A DNA stretch of 64,000 nucleotides from Salisapilia sapeloensis CBS 127946 (Eukaryota > Protista > Oomycota). A model generated the notes under the pieces. That model was not told the DNA's origin. It searched no databases and worked only from the letters and a program-made list of their open reading frames with translations. The position numbers were made by a program, and so were the translations under genes. This document shows, in pieces, positions 1 to 11,859 of the stretch. The DNA lies in the NCBI GenBank assembly GCA_023334545.1, contig JAADVB010000031.1, positions 44,529 to 108,528 on the forward strand. The letters are read 5' to 3'. Each line of letters begins with the position of its first letter. Position 1 is the first letter of the stretch.

Positions 1-1936
1 CTCGGTCGCTTCAGACTCGTATGGGACGTCCTCAGCATCGGCTTCATCTTCTATAATGCTATTGCGCTGCCTGTAGATTCCTTCTAAACATACTTGTACG
101 ATGTGGTAACTTAGTGTTCATAAATGTAGTTTGATGCGTCCTTCGACACGTCAGCTTGGTCGAAGAGCGCGATCGAGACCTGCGTCGACATCTTTTTCAT
201 GTTTGACATTGTAGAAACTTCCTACCACCTTTACTTGTAGTAGCGTCTCATGTTGATATATGTAGTTTATCACGTTCAACACGGCAGCAGAGATTGGCGG
301 GTCACTTCGATACAGTCGGAAGGAGGCGGCTAGAACGTACTTGACGTCGTGGTTTATCGTGGACCTGACGGCCGCGCTTCCGTATGACTTGTTCTTCTCC
401 GACCAGGACGTCGAGGACAGCTCTTCCTCCTATACACTACTGCAGACGCTTCGATTGCTTCGACTCGTCCGACTATTGCGTCTCTTTCGAGTGTCTCGCA
501 TCCTGCGTCGCATCCAGAACACCATCTTCATTCGCTCGACGCTCAGTTCCTTACTCAAGTACTGCCTCATGGTCATGTTCATCGCCCACTGGTTCAGCTG
601 TATCTTCCACGCCATCGCCGTATCATCCACGTATGAAAAGAACTGGGTAACCGAGCAAAGACTTCAGGAGCCGAACGCTAACAAGTGGGACCGATACGTC
701 GCTGCACTCTACTTCTCCGTCATGACACTGTAAGCTACGTAGGCAAAGGTAGTCGATAGACCACGTAATCTCTTGTATCAATCTAGAGCGACCATTGGAT
801 TCGGCGACGTCGCTGGGACCAACCCAGACGAACGCTTCTTCTGCATCTTTGCCATGATCGTCGGAGGTGGCGTCTTTGCCTATGGAATCACGAATGTAAC
901 CTCTACATTATCCTGCTGCTGTGCAGTATCTCTGACTATGTCACTTGACTGCTAGATCGTGGAGCTCGTGTCGAGTCTGACGATCCACGAGACACGGTTT
1001 CGACAGAAGATGGACGAAGTGAACGAATACATGACTGCACGCGAGCTACCGATGCGTCTTCGGATGGAAATCCGAGAGTTCTATCACAACACACGGTTGT
1101 CTCGCGAAAGCAAGTTGAACGCTGAGCAACGTATTTTGAATGACTTGTCGTCCAAACTCCGGTCGAAGATCGCGTTAAGCATAAATGATCAGTTTCTACG
1201 TAAATTCAAGTTCTTTGCTGGGAGCGACCCTGACTTTCTCATGGAGCTGGCACTGAATATGCGCATGATCCACTTTGCACCTTTGGAAGACGTAATTGTC
1301 GAAGGCGAGGTCGGGTACGAGATGTTCTTCATCTTCCGAGGCGCCGTCGAAGTCATTCGAGGTGGAAGGCAGTTGGGGATCATGGGAGAGAACCAGTACT
1401 TTGGAGAGCTCGCGATCTTGAATGATGACAATCGACGGACAGCTACCGTGCGTACGATTTGCTTTTGCGAATTGAGATTGCTGTCGCGAACCAGGTTTCT
1501 CGATGCCCTTGCGCTGTTTCCAGCGATGCAGGCAAAGATGGAGGAGCTGGCTGCTCAGAGGAACAAACAGAAGAGTCCTCGACCGAGACTTGCGTCAATG
1601 CGGGCAGCGGGGACTCCGGAAGAAAAGGACCTGTCAGCTCCTGTCAAGCTGCGAGCAGGACCACAGCACGCCAATTCCCAGTCTCGACTGAATGTAACGA
1701 TGCAAAGGAGACAATCGGCAGCCAAGACAGCTCCGCTCGGGGCCACTGCACGCATGCCAACTGCCAAGTTACCATCGTACACGGTGAACGAAGGGAGCAA
1801 CGAGTCGGTGCCGGCGTCGATATCAAGCGCCATCGCCGAAACGTGCACCTTGCTTGACGAAGCCACGCGTCGCCAAGAGCTCTTGCTTCAACGCATCAAC
1901 CGAGTTACCGGGACAATGCGTCAGAATCGCTCTTGA
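1..1936 (+). CDS. Voltage-gated, cyclic-nucleotide-binding-domain K+ channel (KCNH/HCN/Shaker-CNBD superfamily); 5' end truncated by the window; introns 73-129, 211-265, 730-786, 896-955
   Basis: Splicing at these GT-AG introns gives one continuous frame (LVWDVLSIGFIFYNAIALP-FDASF...FDI-FITFN). It contains an Arg-rich S4 (LRLLRLVRLLRLFRVSRILRR), the pore AALYFSVMTLATIGFGDV, a C-linker and a CNBD (FGELAIL...RRTATVR). Confidence 0.92.
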
Positions 1937-2408
1937 TAAATCAACACGTGCTTTTATTCTTCATATCAAGGACGATGGTGTCAAGAGCATGTAGCAAAGT
2001 CTACTTATTCGTCTCTGGTCTTCTTCTTGGATGTGGCAGTATCTTTAGAAGCAACAAACACACACCATGTATTCGTTCGTACCGCTTTCTCTCACCTGAC
2101 TGGATCTGGTAACCCAGCATTTTCAATCAAGTCTTCCAAGCTTTGCATCGAAATTTCTAGTCTAGTATACTTTTTCCCATACCGTTTGCTATCAAAAACG
2201 CATGTCGTCCCCTACCTCGACATCCTATACTCTCGCCAAGTCGTTTACCCGCAGAGAGCGTCCATGCCATCCAGTAACCTCGCATCCAGTCTTCGGAGCT
2301 CTCCAATGATCGTTCGTCATGGGACAGCGCCTCCACACCTCAATTCAAGTATGGCCCATAAAACCTGCGAAAGACAGGTGGACTGACACAAGCAGAAGAG
2401 GACAAGAG

Positions 2409-5400
2409 ATGGCAAGTCGACGCGAGGTGAGTCCGGCCGAGGTGCAGATGCTCCAGCAGCCCTTCGTCCGTGGCGAGACGGACATCTTTGCCTACTTGAC
2501 TGCCTTGATGAAGCAAAAGCCGCTCATCTTTGACGGTGGCATGGGCACCATGATCCAGCAGCACAAGCTGTCGGAAGAAGACTTTCGAGGCGACCGCTTT
2601 AAAGACTTTGACGTGCTCGTGCGTGGCAACAACGACTTGTTGTCTATCACGCAGCCAAAGCTGATCAAGGACATTCACAAGCAGTACATGGAGGTCGGTG
2701 GCTCGCAGCTCATCGGGACCAATACCTTCAGTGGTACGTGGGTGGCACAGGCCGACTACAAGATGGAGGACCTCGTGTACGAGCTCAACTACGAGTCAGC
2801 TCGAGTGGCACGAGAGGCAGCAGACGAGGTGGCTGCCAAGAACCCTCTTTTGCCCCGTTTCGTCGCCGGTTCCATCGGCCCAACGAACCGGACGCTGTCG
2901 ATATCGCCCAACGTAGAGGACCCTGGCTTTCGTAACATCACGTTCGATGAGCTCGTGGACGCGTACTATACGCAGGTGGAGGCTCTGGTGGACGGCGGGA
3001 GTGACGTGTTACTCGTCGAGACGATCTTTGACACTTTAAACGCCAAAGCCGCCGTCTACGCCATCGATGTATTCCAGGAGAAGACTGGCAAGAAGCTCCC
3101 GCTCTTCATCTCCGGTACTATTGTCGACATGAGCGGACGGACCTTGTCTGGGCAGACGACGGAAGCTTTCTACGTCAGTCTACGCCACTCGAAGCCCTTC
3201 TGCATCGGTCTCAACTGCGCTCTCGGCGCGAATCAGATGAAGCCCTTCCTCCAGCGCCTCGCCAACGTCGCCGAGTGCTTCGTCTCGGTCTATGCGAACG
3301 CAGGTCTTCCGAACGCCATGGGCGGATACGACGACAGTCCGGAGCTCATGGCCGAGTACTGCGGCGAATTCTGCAAGGACGGACTGATCAACATGATCGG
3401 CGGCTGCTGTGGCACGACGCCAGAGCACATTCGAGCCATCGCAGACATCGCCGCGACGTACCCCGTGCGTCCTCTCCCGGACCTATCCGATCCGTACATG
3501 TGGCTGTCTGGGCTGGAAGACATGGTCGTCACAAAGGATCGATTCCAGTTTTTAAACGTCGGAGAGAGGTGTAACATCTCTGGTAGCATCCGTTTCAAGC
3601 GGCTGATCCTCAAGGGTGACTATGGTACAGCCATGGACGTAGCTCGACAGCAAGTCGAGGACGGTGCGATGGTCATCGACGTGAATGTGGACGACGGCAT
3701 GCTGGATGGTGTCAAGGCGATGGAGAGATTTTTGAAGATCGCTGTGACGGAGCCAGATGTGTCTAAAGTGCCGTTCATGGTAGACTCGAGCAAGTTCCAC
3801 GTTGTGGAAGCTGGTCTCAAGTGCGTCCAGGGCAAGTGCATCGTGAATAGCATCAGTCTGAAGGTCGGTGAAGACGAGTTTTGTAAGCAGGCAAAGATCA
3901 TGAAGCGTCACGGAGCTGCGATCGTCGTCATGGCGTTTGATGAAGAAGGGCAGGCCGCGACGGAATCGGAAAAGGTGCGTATTTGCAAGCGGTCGTACGA
4001 TGTCTTGGTGGACAAGGTCGGCTTCCCACCGGAAGACATTGTCTTTGATCCGAACATTCTGACGATTGCGACGGGCATGGAGGAACATAACAACTATGCG
4101 GTGGACTTTATCAACGCCACGAGACGTATTAAGGAAGAGTGCCCGTATGCCAAGATCAGTGGTGGCGTGTCGAATCTGTCGTTTGGCTTTCGAGGCGTCA
4201 ATGTCATTCGAGAAGCCATACACAGTGTCTTCCTCTACCACGCAGTCCACGCAGGCATGGACATGGGCATCGTGAACGCTGCGCAGTTGGAAGTGTATGA
4301 CGACATTCCGTCGGACCTATTAAAGCTCGTAGAAGACGTCGTGCTCAATCGGCATGACGGCGCGACGGAGGCCTTGTTAGATCGCAGTTTAATCGAAAAG
4401 GAAAAGATGGAAGCTGCCAAGAAGGGGGGAGCGAGTGCTGTCGTGAACAAGCAAGAGTGGCGAACCAAGTCGATTCAGGAGCGACTGACGCACTCGCTCG
4501 TCAAGGGCATCTCCGAGTTCATCCATCAGGACGTCGAGGAGATGCGCGTCGAGTGCTCTCGTCCGTTGGACGTGATCGAAGGGCCGTTGATGGCTGGCAT
4601 GAATGTCGTGGGCGAGTTGTTCGGCAGTGGCAAGATGTTTCTGCCGCAGGTGATCAAGTCTGCTCGTGTCATGAAGAAGGCAGTCGCGTACCTCTTGCCG
4701 TACATGGAAGAGGAAAAGAAGAGGAAGCTGGCGGAGGAAGGAGTGGACCCGGAGGCGGATGACGACTCGCAGTACGCTGGCAAAGTGCTGCTGGCGACCG
4801 TCAAGGGGGACGTGCATGACATTGGCAAGAACATCGTCGGCGTCGTCCTTGGCTGTAACAACTACAAGGTCATCGACATGGGCGTCATGGTGCCTGCAGA
4901 GGACATTCTGGCTCGAGCAAAGGAGGAGAAAGTGGATGTCATCGGCTTGTCTGGGCTCATCACGCCTTCGCTAGACGAAATGGTAACTGTCGCGCGGGAG
5001 ATGAAGAAGCAGAACATGCCGCAGCCGCTCCTGATCGGCGGCGCGACCACGAGTAAGATGCACGCGGCCGTCAAGATCGCTCCTCAGTTCTCGAATGAAG
5101 CGCATCCGGTCATTCACGTCTTAGACGCTTCTCGTAGCGTCGTGGTGGTCGGCAACCTCCTTCGGTATGGAGAGGAGAGGGAGGAGTATGTGGAGGAAGT
5201 GCTGGAGGACTATGAGGACATGCGGGAAGAGTACTACGCTTCTCTCGACGACATTAAGCTCGTGTCGTATGAGAGTGCCAAGAGCAAGAGGTGTGCGATC
5301 GACTTTGATACGCGACGTCCGTTCCAGCACCCACGTCGCTTAGGTGTACACAAGGTAGAGGACGTGCCGCTGGAAGAAGTCGTGCCGTTTATCGACTGGA

Positions 5401-6257
5401 ACCCATTCTTCCAGACGTGGGAGCTGCGTGGTAGGTATCCGAATCGAGGGTACCCTAAGATCTTTGACGACGACCGTGTCGGAGTCGAAGCTAGGAAGGT
5501 GTTCGACGAAGGGCAGAAGCTCCTGCAGGAGATTATCGACAAGAAGCTCTTGAGCGTACGTGGTGTCTCGGGTGTCTTTCCAGCGTATCGACAGGAAGAA
5601 GACGTCGTCGTGTGTGATCCGAATGACATGACGACGCCCGTGAGCAAGTTCTGTATGCTCCGACAGCAAGCGGAGAAGGAGACGTCGGACCCGTTCATGA
5701 GCATGGCGGACTTTATCGCACCGAAGAGTGACGACTACAAGGACTTTATCGGAGGCTTTGCCGTTGGTGTCTTTGGCGTCGAGGAGCTCGTGGCCAAGTT
5801 CGAGGCCGAGCACGATGACTTCAATAAGATCATGACGCAGGCCATTGGCGATCGACTGGCAGAAGCTTTTGCAGAGTACATGCACCGGCAGATGCGTGTG
5901 TTCGACTGGGGATATGCGTCGGAAGAGGACTTGAGCCAGGAAGATCTGCTGAAAGTCAAGTACGACGGCATCCGTCCGGCGCCTGGGTACCCGTCCCAGC
6001 CGGATCATACCGAGAAGCGAGTGCTGTGGGAACTGCTCAAGGCAGAGGACATCGGGCTGACGCTGACGGATAGCTGCATGATGCTGCCTGGATCGGCCGT
6101 CAGTGCCCTGTGCTTTGCGCACCCGGACTCGCAGTACTTTGCCGTGGGGAAAATCAGTAAGGAGCAAGTGGAGGAGTATGCTGGTCGAAAGAAGCAGTCA
6201 CTGGAAGAGACGGAAAAGTGGCTGGCTCCGATCTTGGGGTACGAGCGAGGTGCTTAG
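2409..6257 (+). CDS. METH: Cobalamin-dependent methionine synthase (MetH/MTR), intronless
   Basis: Hcy-binding domain ([28 protein letters not shown]), pterin-binding domain (NVGERCN), cap domain, B12-binding motif [12 protein letters not shown], and activation domain ([15 protein letters not shown]). ATG 2409 (MASRRE) is preferred over the upstream in-frame ATG 2319. Confidence 0.97.
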   Translation: MASRREVSPAEVQMLQQPFVRGETDIFAYLTALMKQKPLIFDGGMGTMIQQHKLSEEDFRGDRFKDFDVLVRGNNDLLSITQPKLIKDIHKQYMEVGGSQLIGTNTFSGTWVAQADYKMEDLVYELNYESARVAREAADEVAAKNPLLPRFVAGSIGPTNRTLSISPNVEDPGFRNITFDELVDAYYTQVEALVDGGSDVLLVETIFDTLNAKAAVYAIDVFQEKTGKKLPLFISGTIVDMSGRTLSGQTTEAFYVSLRHSKPFCIGLNCALGANQMKPFLQRLANVAECFVSVYANAGLPNAMGGYDDSPELMAEYCGEFCKDGLINMIGGCCGTTPEHIRAIADIAATYPVRPLPDLSDPYMWLSGLEDMVVTKDRFQFLNVGERCNISGSIRFKRLILKGDYGTAMDVARQQVEDGAMVIDVNVDDGMLDGVKAMERFLKIAVTEPDVSKVPFMVDSSKFHVVEAGLKCVQGKCIVNSISLKVGEDEFCKQAKIMKRHGAAIVVMAFDEEGQAATESEKVRICKRSYDVLVDKVGFPPEDIVFDPNILTIATGMEEHNNYAVDFINATRRIKEECPYAKISGGVSNLSFGFRGVNVIREAIHSVFLYHAVHAGMDMGIVNAAQLEVYDDIPSDLLKLVEDVVLNRHDGATEALLDRSLIEKEKMEAAKKGGASAVVNKQEWRTKSIQERLTHSLVKGISEFIHQDVEEMRVECSRPLDVIEGPLMAGMNVVGELFGSGKMFLPQVIKSARVMKKAVAYLLPYMEEEKKRKLAEEGVDPEADDDSQYAGKVLLATVKGDVHDIGKNIVGVVLGCNNYKVIDMGVMVPAEDILARAKEEKVDVIGLSGLITPSLDEMVTVAREMKKQNMPQPLLIGGATTSKMHAAVKIAPQFSNEAHPVIHVLDASRSVVVVGNLLRYGEEREEYVEEVLEDYEDMREEYYASLDDIKLVSYESAKSKRCAIDFDTRRPFQHPRRLGVHKVEDVPLEEVVPFIDWNPFFQTWELRGRYPNRGYPKIFDDDRVGVEARKVFDEGQKLLQEIIDKKLLSVRGVSGVFPAYRQEEDVVVCDPNDMTTPVSKFCMLRQQAEKETSDPFMSMADFIAPKSDDYKDFIGGFAVGVFGVEELVAKFEAEHDDFNKIMTQAIGDRLAEAFAEYMHRQMRVFDWGYASEEDLSQEDLLKVKYDGIRPAPGYPSQPDHTEKRVLWELLKAEDIGLTLTDSCMMLPGSAVSALCFAHPDSQYFAVGKISKEQVEEYAGRKKQSLEETEKWLAPILGYERGA

Positions 6258-6394
6258 TGGGAAGGATAGAGTAGGGTCTAGTGTACTGGTGACGGAGGTG
6301 CCATGATAGCATGCCATCTCTGCTGACGTTCAGGAGTTCTTCGCTCGATTCTGCTTCTTGGAGCAAAGGACCAAGCTATGTCGCTCGAAATCTA

Positions 6395-6421
6395 CTTTTT
6401 CTTTTCTTTTCTTTTCTTTTC
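6395..6421. repeat. (CTTTT)5 pyrimidine microsatellite between METH and MUT
   Basis: ctttttcttttcttttcttttcttttc read directly; it is followed by ctgatcgtctctag. Confidence 0.85.
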
Positions 6422-6543
6422 TGATCGTCTCTAGTTCGGTCGTGCTGGATGGACCTATAGAGGTCCTTGTGGTCAGTCCTGTCACTAATCTGTGGACGAT
6501 ATACTTGAACTTGAGGCCGGAAGGGCGGAGAGACGAGACCAAG

Positions 6544-9102
6544 ATGCTGGCGATGCGACGTGCACAAGAGAAGGCCGTGCGAGGCGTGATTGCACGGCAT
6601 GGACGACTGTCGTTCTGGAGGAGTTTAAGTGATCGACCGACGAATTTAAGTGCAGATGCGTACCCGGAAGAGTGGCTGAAGAACGCGACGAAAGAGATCA
6701 AGGGACAGGACCCGACGGAAAAGCTCGTCTGGCATACCCCCGAGGGCATTCCCATCAAGCCTTTGTATACGCAACAGGACCTCGAGGTTACCACATGAAA
6801 AGAGGTATGTAGATAAAGACTAACGATAGTACGTCCGTAGGATCTGGAGATCTCACAGGCCCCCTCGACCTTCCCGTTCACGAGAGGACCCTACGCGAGT
6901 ATGTACACTGCCAAGCCATGGACCATCCGACAGGTACCTCTATAAGATACGCCCAAATTACCATGACGTGACGTCGGCTGTAGTACGCAGGTTTTAGCAC
7001 AGCGGAAGAGTCGAACGCGTTCTACCGTCGAAACTTGGCGGCAGGACAGCAAGGACTCAGCGTAGCGTTTGACTTGGCGACTCATCGAGGCTACGACTCG
7101 GACCATCCACGCGTGACGGGTGATGTCGGGATGGCTGGCGTCCCCATCGATTCGATCGAAGACATGAAAATCCTCTTTGACGGCATTCCTCTCGACAAAA
7201 TGTCCGTGTCCATGACCATGAATGGAGCTGTCTTACCGGTGTTAGCCATGTACATTGTGGCTGCAGAGGAGCAGGGTGTGGATAAGAAACTACTGTCGGG
7301 TACGATCCAGAACGACATTTTAAAGGAGTTCATGGTCCGCAACACGTTCATCTACCCCCCTGAACCGTCCATGCGGATCATCCAGGACATCTTCGGATAC
7401 ACGTCCGAGTACATGCCCAAGTACAATTCGATTTCGATCTCAGGTTACCACATGCAAGAAGCTGGGGCCGATGCGGTCTTGGAGCTCGCTTTTACCATTG
7501 CAGACGGTATCGAGTACGTCAAGGCGGCACAGGCAGCAGGACTAGATGTAGACTCGGTTGCGCCGCGTCTGTCGTTCTTCTTTGCGATAGGCATGAACTT
7601 TTACATGGAAGTGGCCAAACTACGTGCTGCTCGTACTTTATGGGCAAAGCTGATGCAGGACAAGTTCCAGCCGAAAAATAAGAAGAGTCTGCTCTTACGA
7701 ACGCATTGCCAAACGTCTGGGTACTCTTTGACGGAGCAGGATCCGTTTAATAATATCATTCGGACGACAGTGGAGGCCATGGCGGCTGTCATGGGTGGTA
7801 CGCAGAGTCTACATACGAATGCGCTGGATGAAGCACTGGGACTCCCGACGGAGTTTAGTGCTCGTATGGCACGTAACACGCAGTTGGTGCTTCAGGAAGA
7901 AACTGGGATTCCGAAAGTTGCGGATCCATGGGGAGGTTCGTACTTGATGGAATCGCTTACGAATGATCTGGTGGATGCGGCGATGAAGGTGATCGAGGAA
8001 GTGGATGAACTGGGAGGTATGGCGAAAGCGATCGAGTCTGGCATGGCCAAGCACCGAATCGAAGAGAGTGCAACGAGGAAGCAGGCACGCATTGATTCAA
8101 GAGAAGAGACAATCGTAGGTGTCAACAAGTATGTCGCGGAAGATGTAGATGCCGTGGATGTCTTATCGATTGATAATACGTCGGTGCGGAAGAAGCAGAT
8201 TAAGCGGCTGGAGGACACGAGAGCGAATCGGAATGAACAAAAAGCGCAAGAGTGTCTGGATAGATTGAAGGAATCGGCGGCTTTGACCGAGAGCACAGGC
8301 GCTGGGTCACATCCGATGAACCTTTTGAAGCTGGCGGTGGACGCAGCCAGAGAGCGGTGCACGGTGGGAGAGATCTCTGGTGCACTGGAATCCGCGTGGG
8401 GACGTCACGTGCCAAAGGTAGTGTCTTGTGTAGCTATAGGAAGGACGTGGCTCATGCGTGCGGTAGAGTGATGTCGTGTCCGGAGCGTACCGGACGTCGT
8501 ACCAGCATAATCAGCAAGCAGAGGACGAGTATGAGGCCGTTGTGCGGGAGATTGAGGAATTTGCTGAGCGTGAAGGTCGCCGTCCGCGTCTGCTTGTGGC
8601 CAAGATGGGGCAGGACGGTCATGATCGCGGTGCGAAGGTCGTCGCATCCAGTTACTCTGACCTGGGCTTTGACGTAGATGTCGGCCCGCTCTTCTCCGTA
8701 CGTACCTCACTAATTGTAGGGTCTAATTTAAAAGATTCATAATGGTTGCAGACACCGGAGGAAGCGGCGAGACAAGCGGTGGATGCCGATGTTCACTGCG
8801 TAGGTGTGAGTTCCCAAGCTGCTGGCCACAAGACGCTGGTGCCGGCACTGTTGGAGGCTTTAAAGAAGGAGAATGCCGAGCACATTCTCGTCATCTGTGG
8901 AGGTGTCATTCCTCCAAAGGTACTCGTTCTACTACCCTCATCGACGATAGAAACCTCACCTCGATCCTAGGACTATGACTACTTGTACGACTTGGGCGTC
9001 GGCGCTATCTTCGGTCCAGGCACGAGACTGACGGAAGCAGCGCACGATACGCTCGTGGCTATCTCGAAGCGTTTGGAAGAGAATCGAGCGAAAGACATGT
9101 AA
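6544..9102 (+). CDS. MUT: Methylmalonyl-CoA mutase (adenosylcobalamin-dependent), probably mitochondrial; introns 6787-6840, 6934-6983, 8418-8466, 8698-8751, 8920-8970
   Basis: Spliced protein contains [83 protein letters not shown], and the B12 motif [10 protein letters not shown]. It ends GAIFGPGT...KDM*. The N-terminus is Arg-rich and presequence-like. Confidence 0.97.
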
Positions 9103-9185
9103 AGCGACGAGAGAGGAATAAGGTCTTCCTGGCATCTTGTTTCGACTTACTTGGCAACTTTACTACGCTACTTCATAAAAATATA

Positions 9186-10844
9186 TCATTGCTCCTTGGT
9201 CTTTTCCTTCTTGGCTCGTTGAAACTCCTCCGACATGCTCCGCAAGGCAAAGTTCGGGAACACTTGCTTCGTCGGCATCTTGGCACCCGTCATCGGCGAC
9301 TTGTCACTCGTCGAGAACCAGTGCAGAATCGCCTTCCGGTCGTACGTGTGTCCATCGGCTGCGACTACAGGGTCCAGCATCGGACAGCCTGTGATGGGGC
9401 AGATGAGTTGCTCTGGACAGTCCTCGTCGTCCGTCCAGTCGTCCATGTCTGCCTCCTTGACCTCTTCCTCTTCAAGAGAGAGAGAGGACAATCGAGCAGC
9501 AGGCTTCTCCTCTGTCTCGTCATTTATGCCAGTCGAATCAGCCACTGCATCGTTGATCTCCTGCGTCGTGACAAACCCAGCGACGATGCGTCCACGACCT
9601 CGAGACCCACCAGTGATCTGCGGATCTCCGTCCTCAGCACTCGTGTCTCGAGACCAAATGGCGTGATAGCTATTGACTAGTTCCTGTCGAATGGTATGAT
9701 ACGCTTCTTCCGACTTGGCTCTCGACGTCCGGAAGCCAGAAACTGGACCTTCCGAGACAGTGGACCTAGCCGTCTCGTACGCTGCTCCGACCACGGAGGA
9801 GCCAGAGACTTTGGAAAAGTGGTAGACGATGCCAATCTGTCGTCTGCTCCAGGACGGGAGTTTCATGTACATCTTATTGGCCTCTGACACGAGCGGCGAG
9901 TCCCGGACGCGGGTCATTTGCCCTTGTATCTGCGTCTGGGCGTCCTGGAGCATCGATGGCCGACGCTCGAGATGCAGGAGGTTGCGATGGCACTCCAGGA
10001 CGATCGGCCATCCCTCGACACTCTGTGTCTCGACGACAGCTTCGTCCTGGAACGTATCCACGACCTCGAGCCTCGCGCCTGGTGGCAGCAGCTTGCCATA
10101 GTACTCCATGCCACCAAAGCCAGTTATGCGGACGATGTCCCCTTTCTCCAGCATCACATCGGCACAGTCATAGTTGAGCGATAGCTGGATCTGCCCTGCG
10201 GTCTGGAACTCGTCGTCCACGAGTGTATGCCAGCCTCGATGGCTGGACGATTGGGACAGCAGACAAGGTAAAAGAGGAACAAGAACAGAACCTATGAGTT
10301 TATCATTCGTATGTGCCGAATCGCCTTCTCGGCCTTGTCCATGCAGCTCGACGGAGCCGTCTGATCCGGCAGATGCAGCCGATGGAGACGTGTTCTCGGC
10401 GCGATGGAAAACTCGGATCACAAGTTCCGGCGTGCAAGGTTTATAGTGTTGCATGGAAGCGTTTGCCTGATCGCCTGCAGCTAGCTTGCCCACTGTCTTA
10501 CCGTTTTTACTGGCTTTCGTGAGCACGCCGAGGCTGTTTATGGTGGACTGCTCATCGCCAAAGGATGAGAGCGTCTGTAGGAGCTCTTGCTCCGTCGGCA
10601 ATGGGACGGAAACGACTCCAGACTCTTTCCACGTCGGATTCAGCGTCTGTGACTGAGGTCTCGTGACGAACTCTTCTTTGCCGAGTGCGACTGCGACGTA
10701 CGGATTGGAGTAGCTCGGTGTCCACTTGAGTAGACTGCCGAGTACTGCTGGTTGTAGATTGCGAGCTCCTAGCACTTCGATGCTGAGTGTCCCAGCCGTA
10801 CGCAACGCTTTGGGCGCCGGTTCCGATGACGTCTTGGACGCCAT
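9186..10844 (-). CDS. C2-domain / U-box protein (putative E3 ubiquitin ligase)
   Basis: N-terminal C2 (LSIEVLGARNL...SNPYVAV...QTLNPTWKE...DKLIGSV) and C-terminal U-box (CPEQLICPITGCPMLDPVVAADGHTYDRKAILHWF...SPMTG...PNFALRSM). Confidence 0.9.
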   Translation of the reverse strand: MASKTSSEPAPKALRTAGTLSIEVLGARNLQPAVLGSLLKWTPSYSNPYVAVALGKEEFVTRPQSQTLNPTWKESGVVSVPLPTEQELLQTLSSFGDEQSTINSLGVLTKASKNGKTVGKLAAGDQANASMQHYKPCTPELVIRVFHRAENTSPSAASAGSDGSVELHGQGREGDSAHTNDKLIGSVLVPLLPCLLSQSSSHRGWHTLVDDEFQTAGQIQLSLNYDCADVMLEKGDIVRITGFGGMEYYGKLLPPGARLEVVDTFQDEAVVETQSVEGWPIVLECHRNLLHLERRPSMLQDAQTQIQGQMTRVRDSPLVSEANKMYMKLPSWSRRQIGIVYHFSKVSGSSVVGAAYETARSTVSEGPVSGFRTSRAKSEEAYHTIRQELVNSYHAIWSRDTSAEDGDPQITGGSRGRGRIVAGFVTTQEINDAVADSTGINDETEEKPAARLSSLSLEEEEVKEADMDDWTDDEDCPEQLICPITGCPMLDPVVAADGHTYDRKAILHWFSTSDKSPMTGAKMPTKQVFPNFALRSMSEEFQRAKKEKTKEQ

Positions 10845-11859
10845 GAAAGAAGACGAATGAGCTCTCTTCCGACTCGACTTGGGAAGCTACGTCCCGCCGT
10901 GTCACTATCTGACAGCTATTTTGCAGCGAAAGGGTTAAATTGACTCTATTGGTCTTTTCATAGAGACCTAATTTGGACTTGATTTTTGTATACACTTGGG
11001 AGGTATGTTTTATGTACGGTCCTACGTGGGAATTAGGTAATATTCTACTAAACAGGTTGCTTTAGGCGACGCGCTGCGAGATCGATGCGTTTTTATCTTT
11101 TCACCTGGAGGAGATGGATCTTGTCTAGAGTATACTCATGTATGCTGCTTAAAGGCAAAGATAGATGCTGAGATAATTGTCGAGCTTTTTGTCTGCTTAC
11201 TAAAGTGGGTTCGACTTGTTCGTCATGTAGATAAATCAGCCATGTAATCGAATGTGGCTTCCACATCCTCTCCCGGCTTGCATGCACTACCACGTTAGCT
11301 CTAGCAGAGCTTTATCTAAGTTTCTGCTCTTTCAGCTTTGTGTCCGATGCAGGGGTTGTAGAGGCCGAAGATAAAGAGGTAGATGTTTTGCCATTTAACC
11401 TGCAATCGAAATAAATAACATACGGTCATAACCTTTCATACGCTCCGAACCATCACGGTAGCTTCATGCCAAATCCTGAAAAGGTTTGCTCCAATCAGGA
11501 TAATTTGGATTGACAACATGTCTTTTGCGTCTGTCTTTTTGTCCGATACGAAGAATTGCTATTTGACCCTTGACGTGGTCCACTACGCCTTGCAACCTTA
11601 GCTACAAGACAAGAGACTATGGCTGCGATTGCACTGAATACCGATTCGGCATGGTTCGGATTCACCTTTTGTAATTACATTAACGACCATCAAATAGGAC
11701 AGCTCTATATTCGTTGCAAATTACCGATTCGGAGTAGCTGCATGCTATGGAAACCTAACATAGCACTTCAATATATCTTTCTCCCGCTACGCCGAAGGCA
11801 TAAGCGAGTGTTCTGAACTGTGAACGGAGATGCCACTCTATATTCTTGATCTATGTATA

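Noticed and set aside
2340-6167. Many long overlapping and antisense ORFs in METH (also in MUT, BEACH, Sec16, GH5)
   Set aside because: Shadow ORFs expected in GC-rich coding DNA, with no motifs.
6258-6543. Cobalamin riboswitch between METH and MUT (GGGAAG at ~6259)
   Set aside because: Only the hexamer is present. There is no GCCACTG B12 box partner, no CCCCGC/ACTGT core and no supporting stems.
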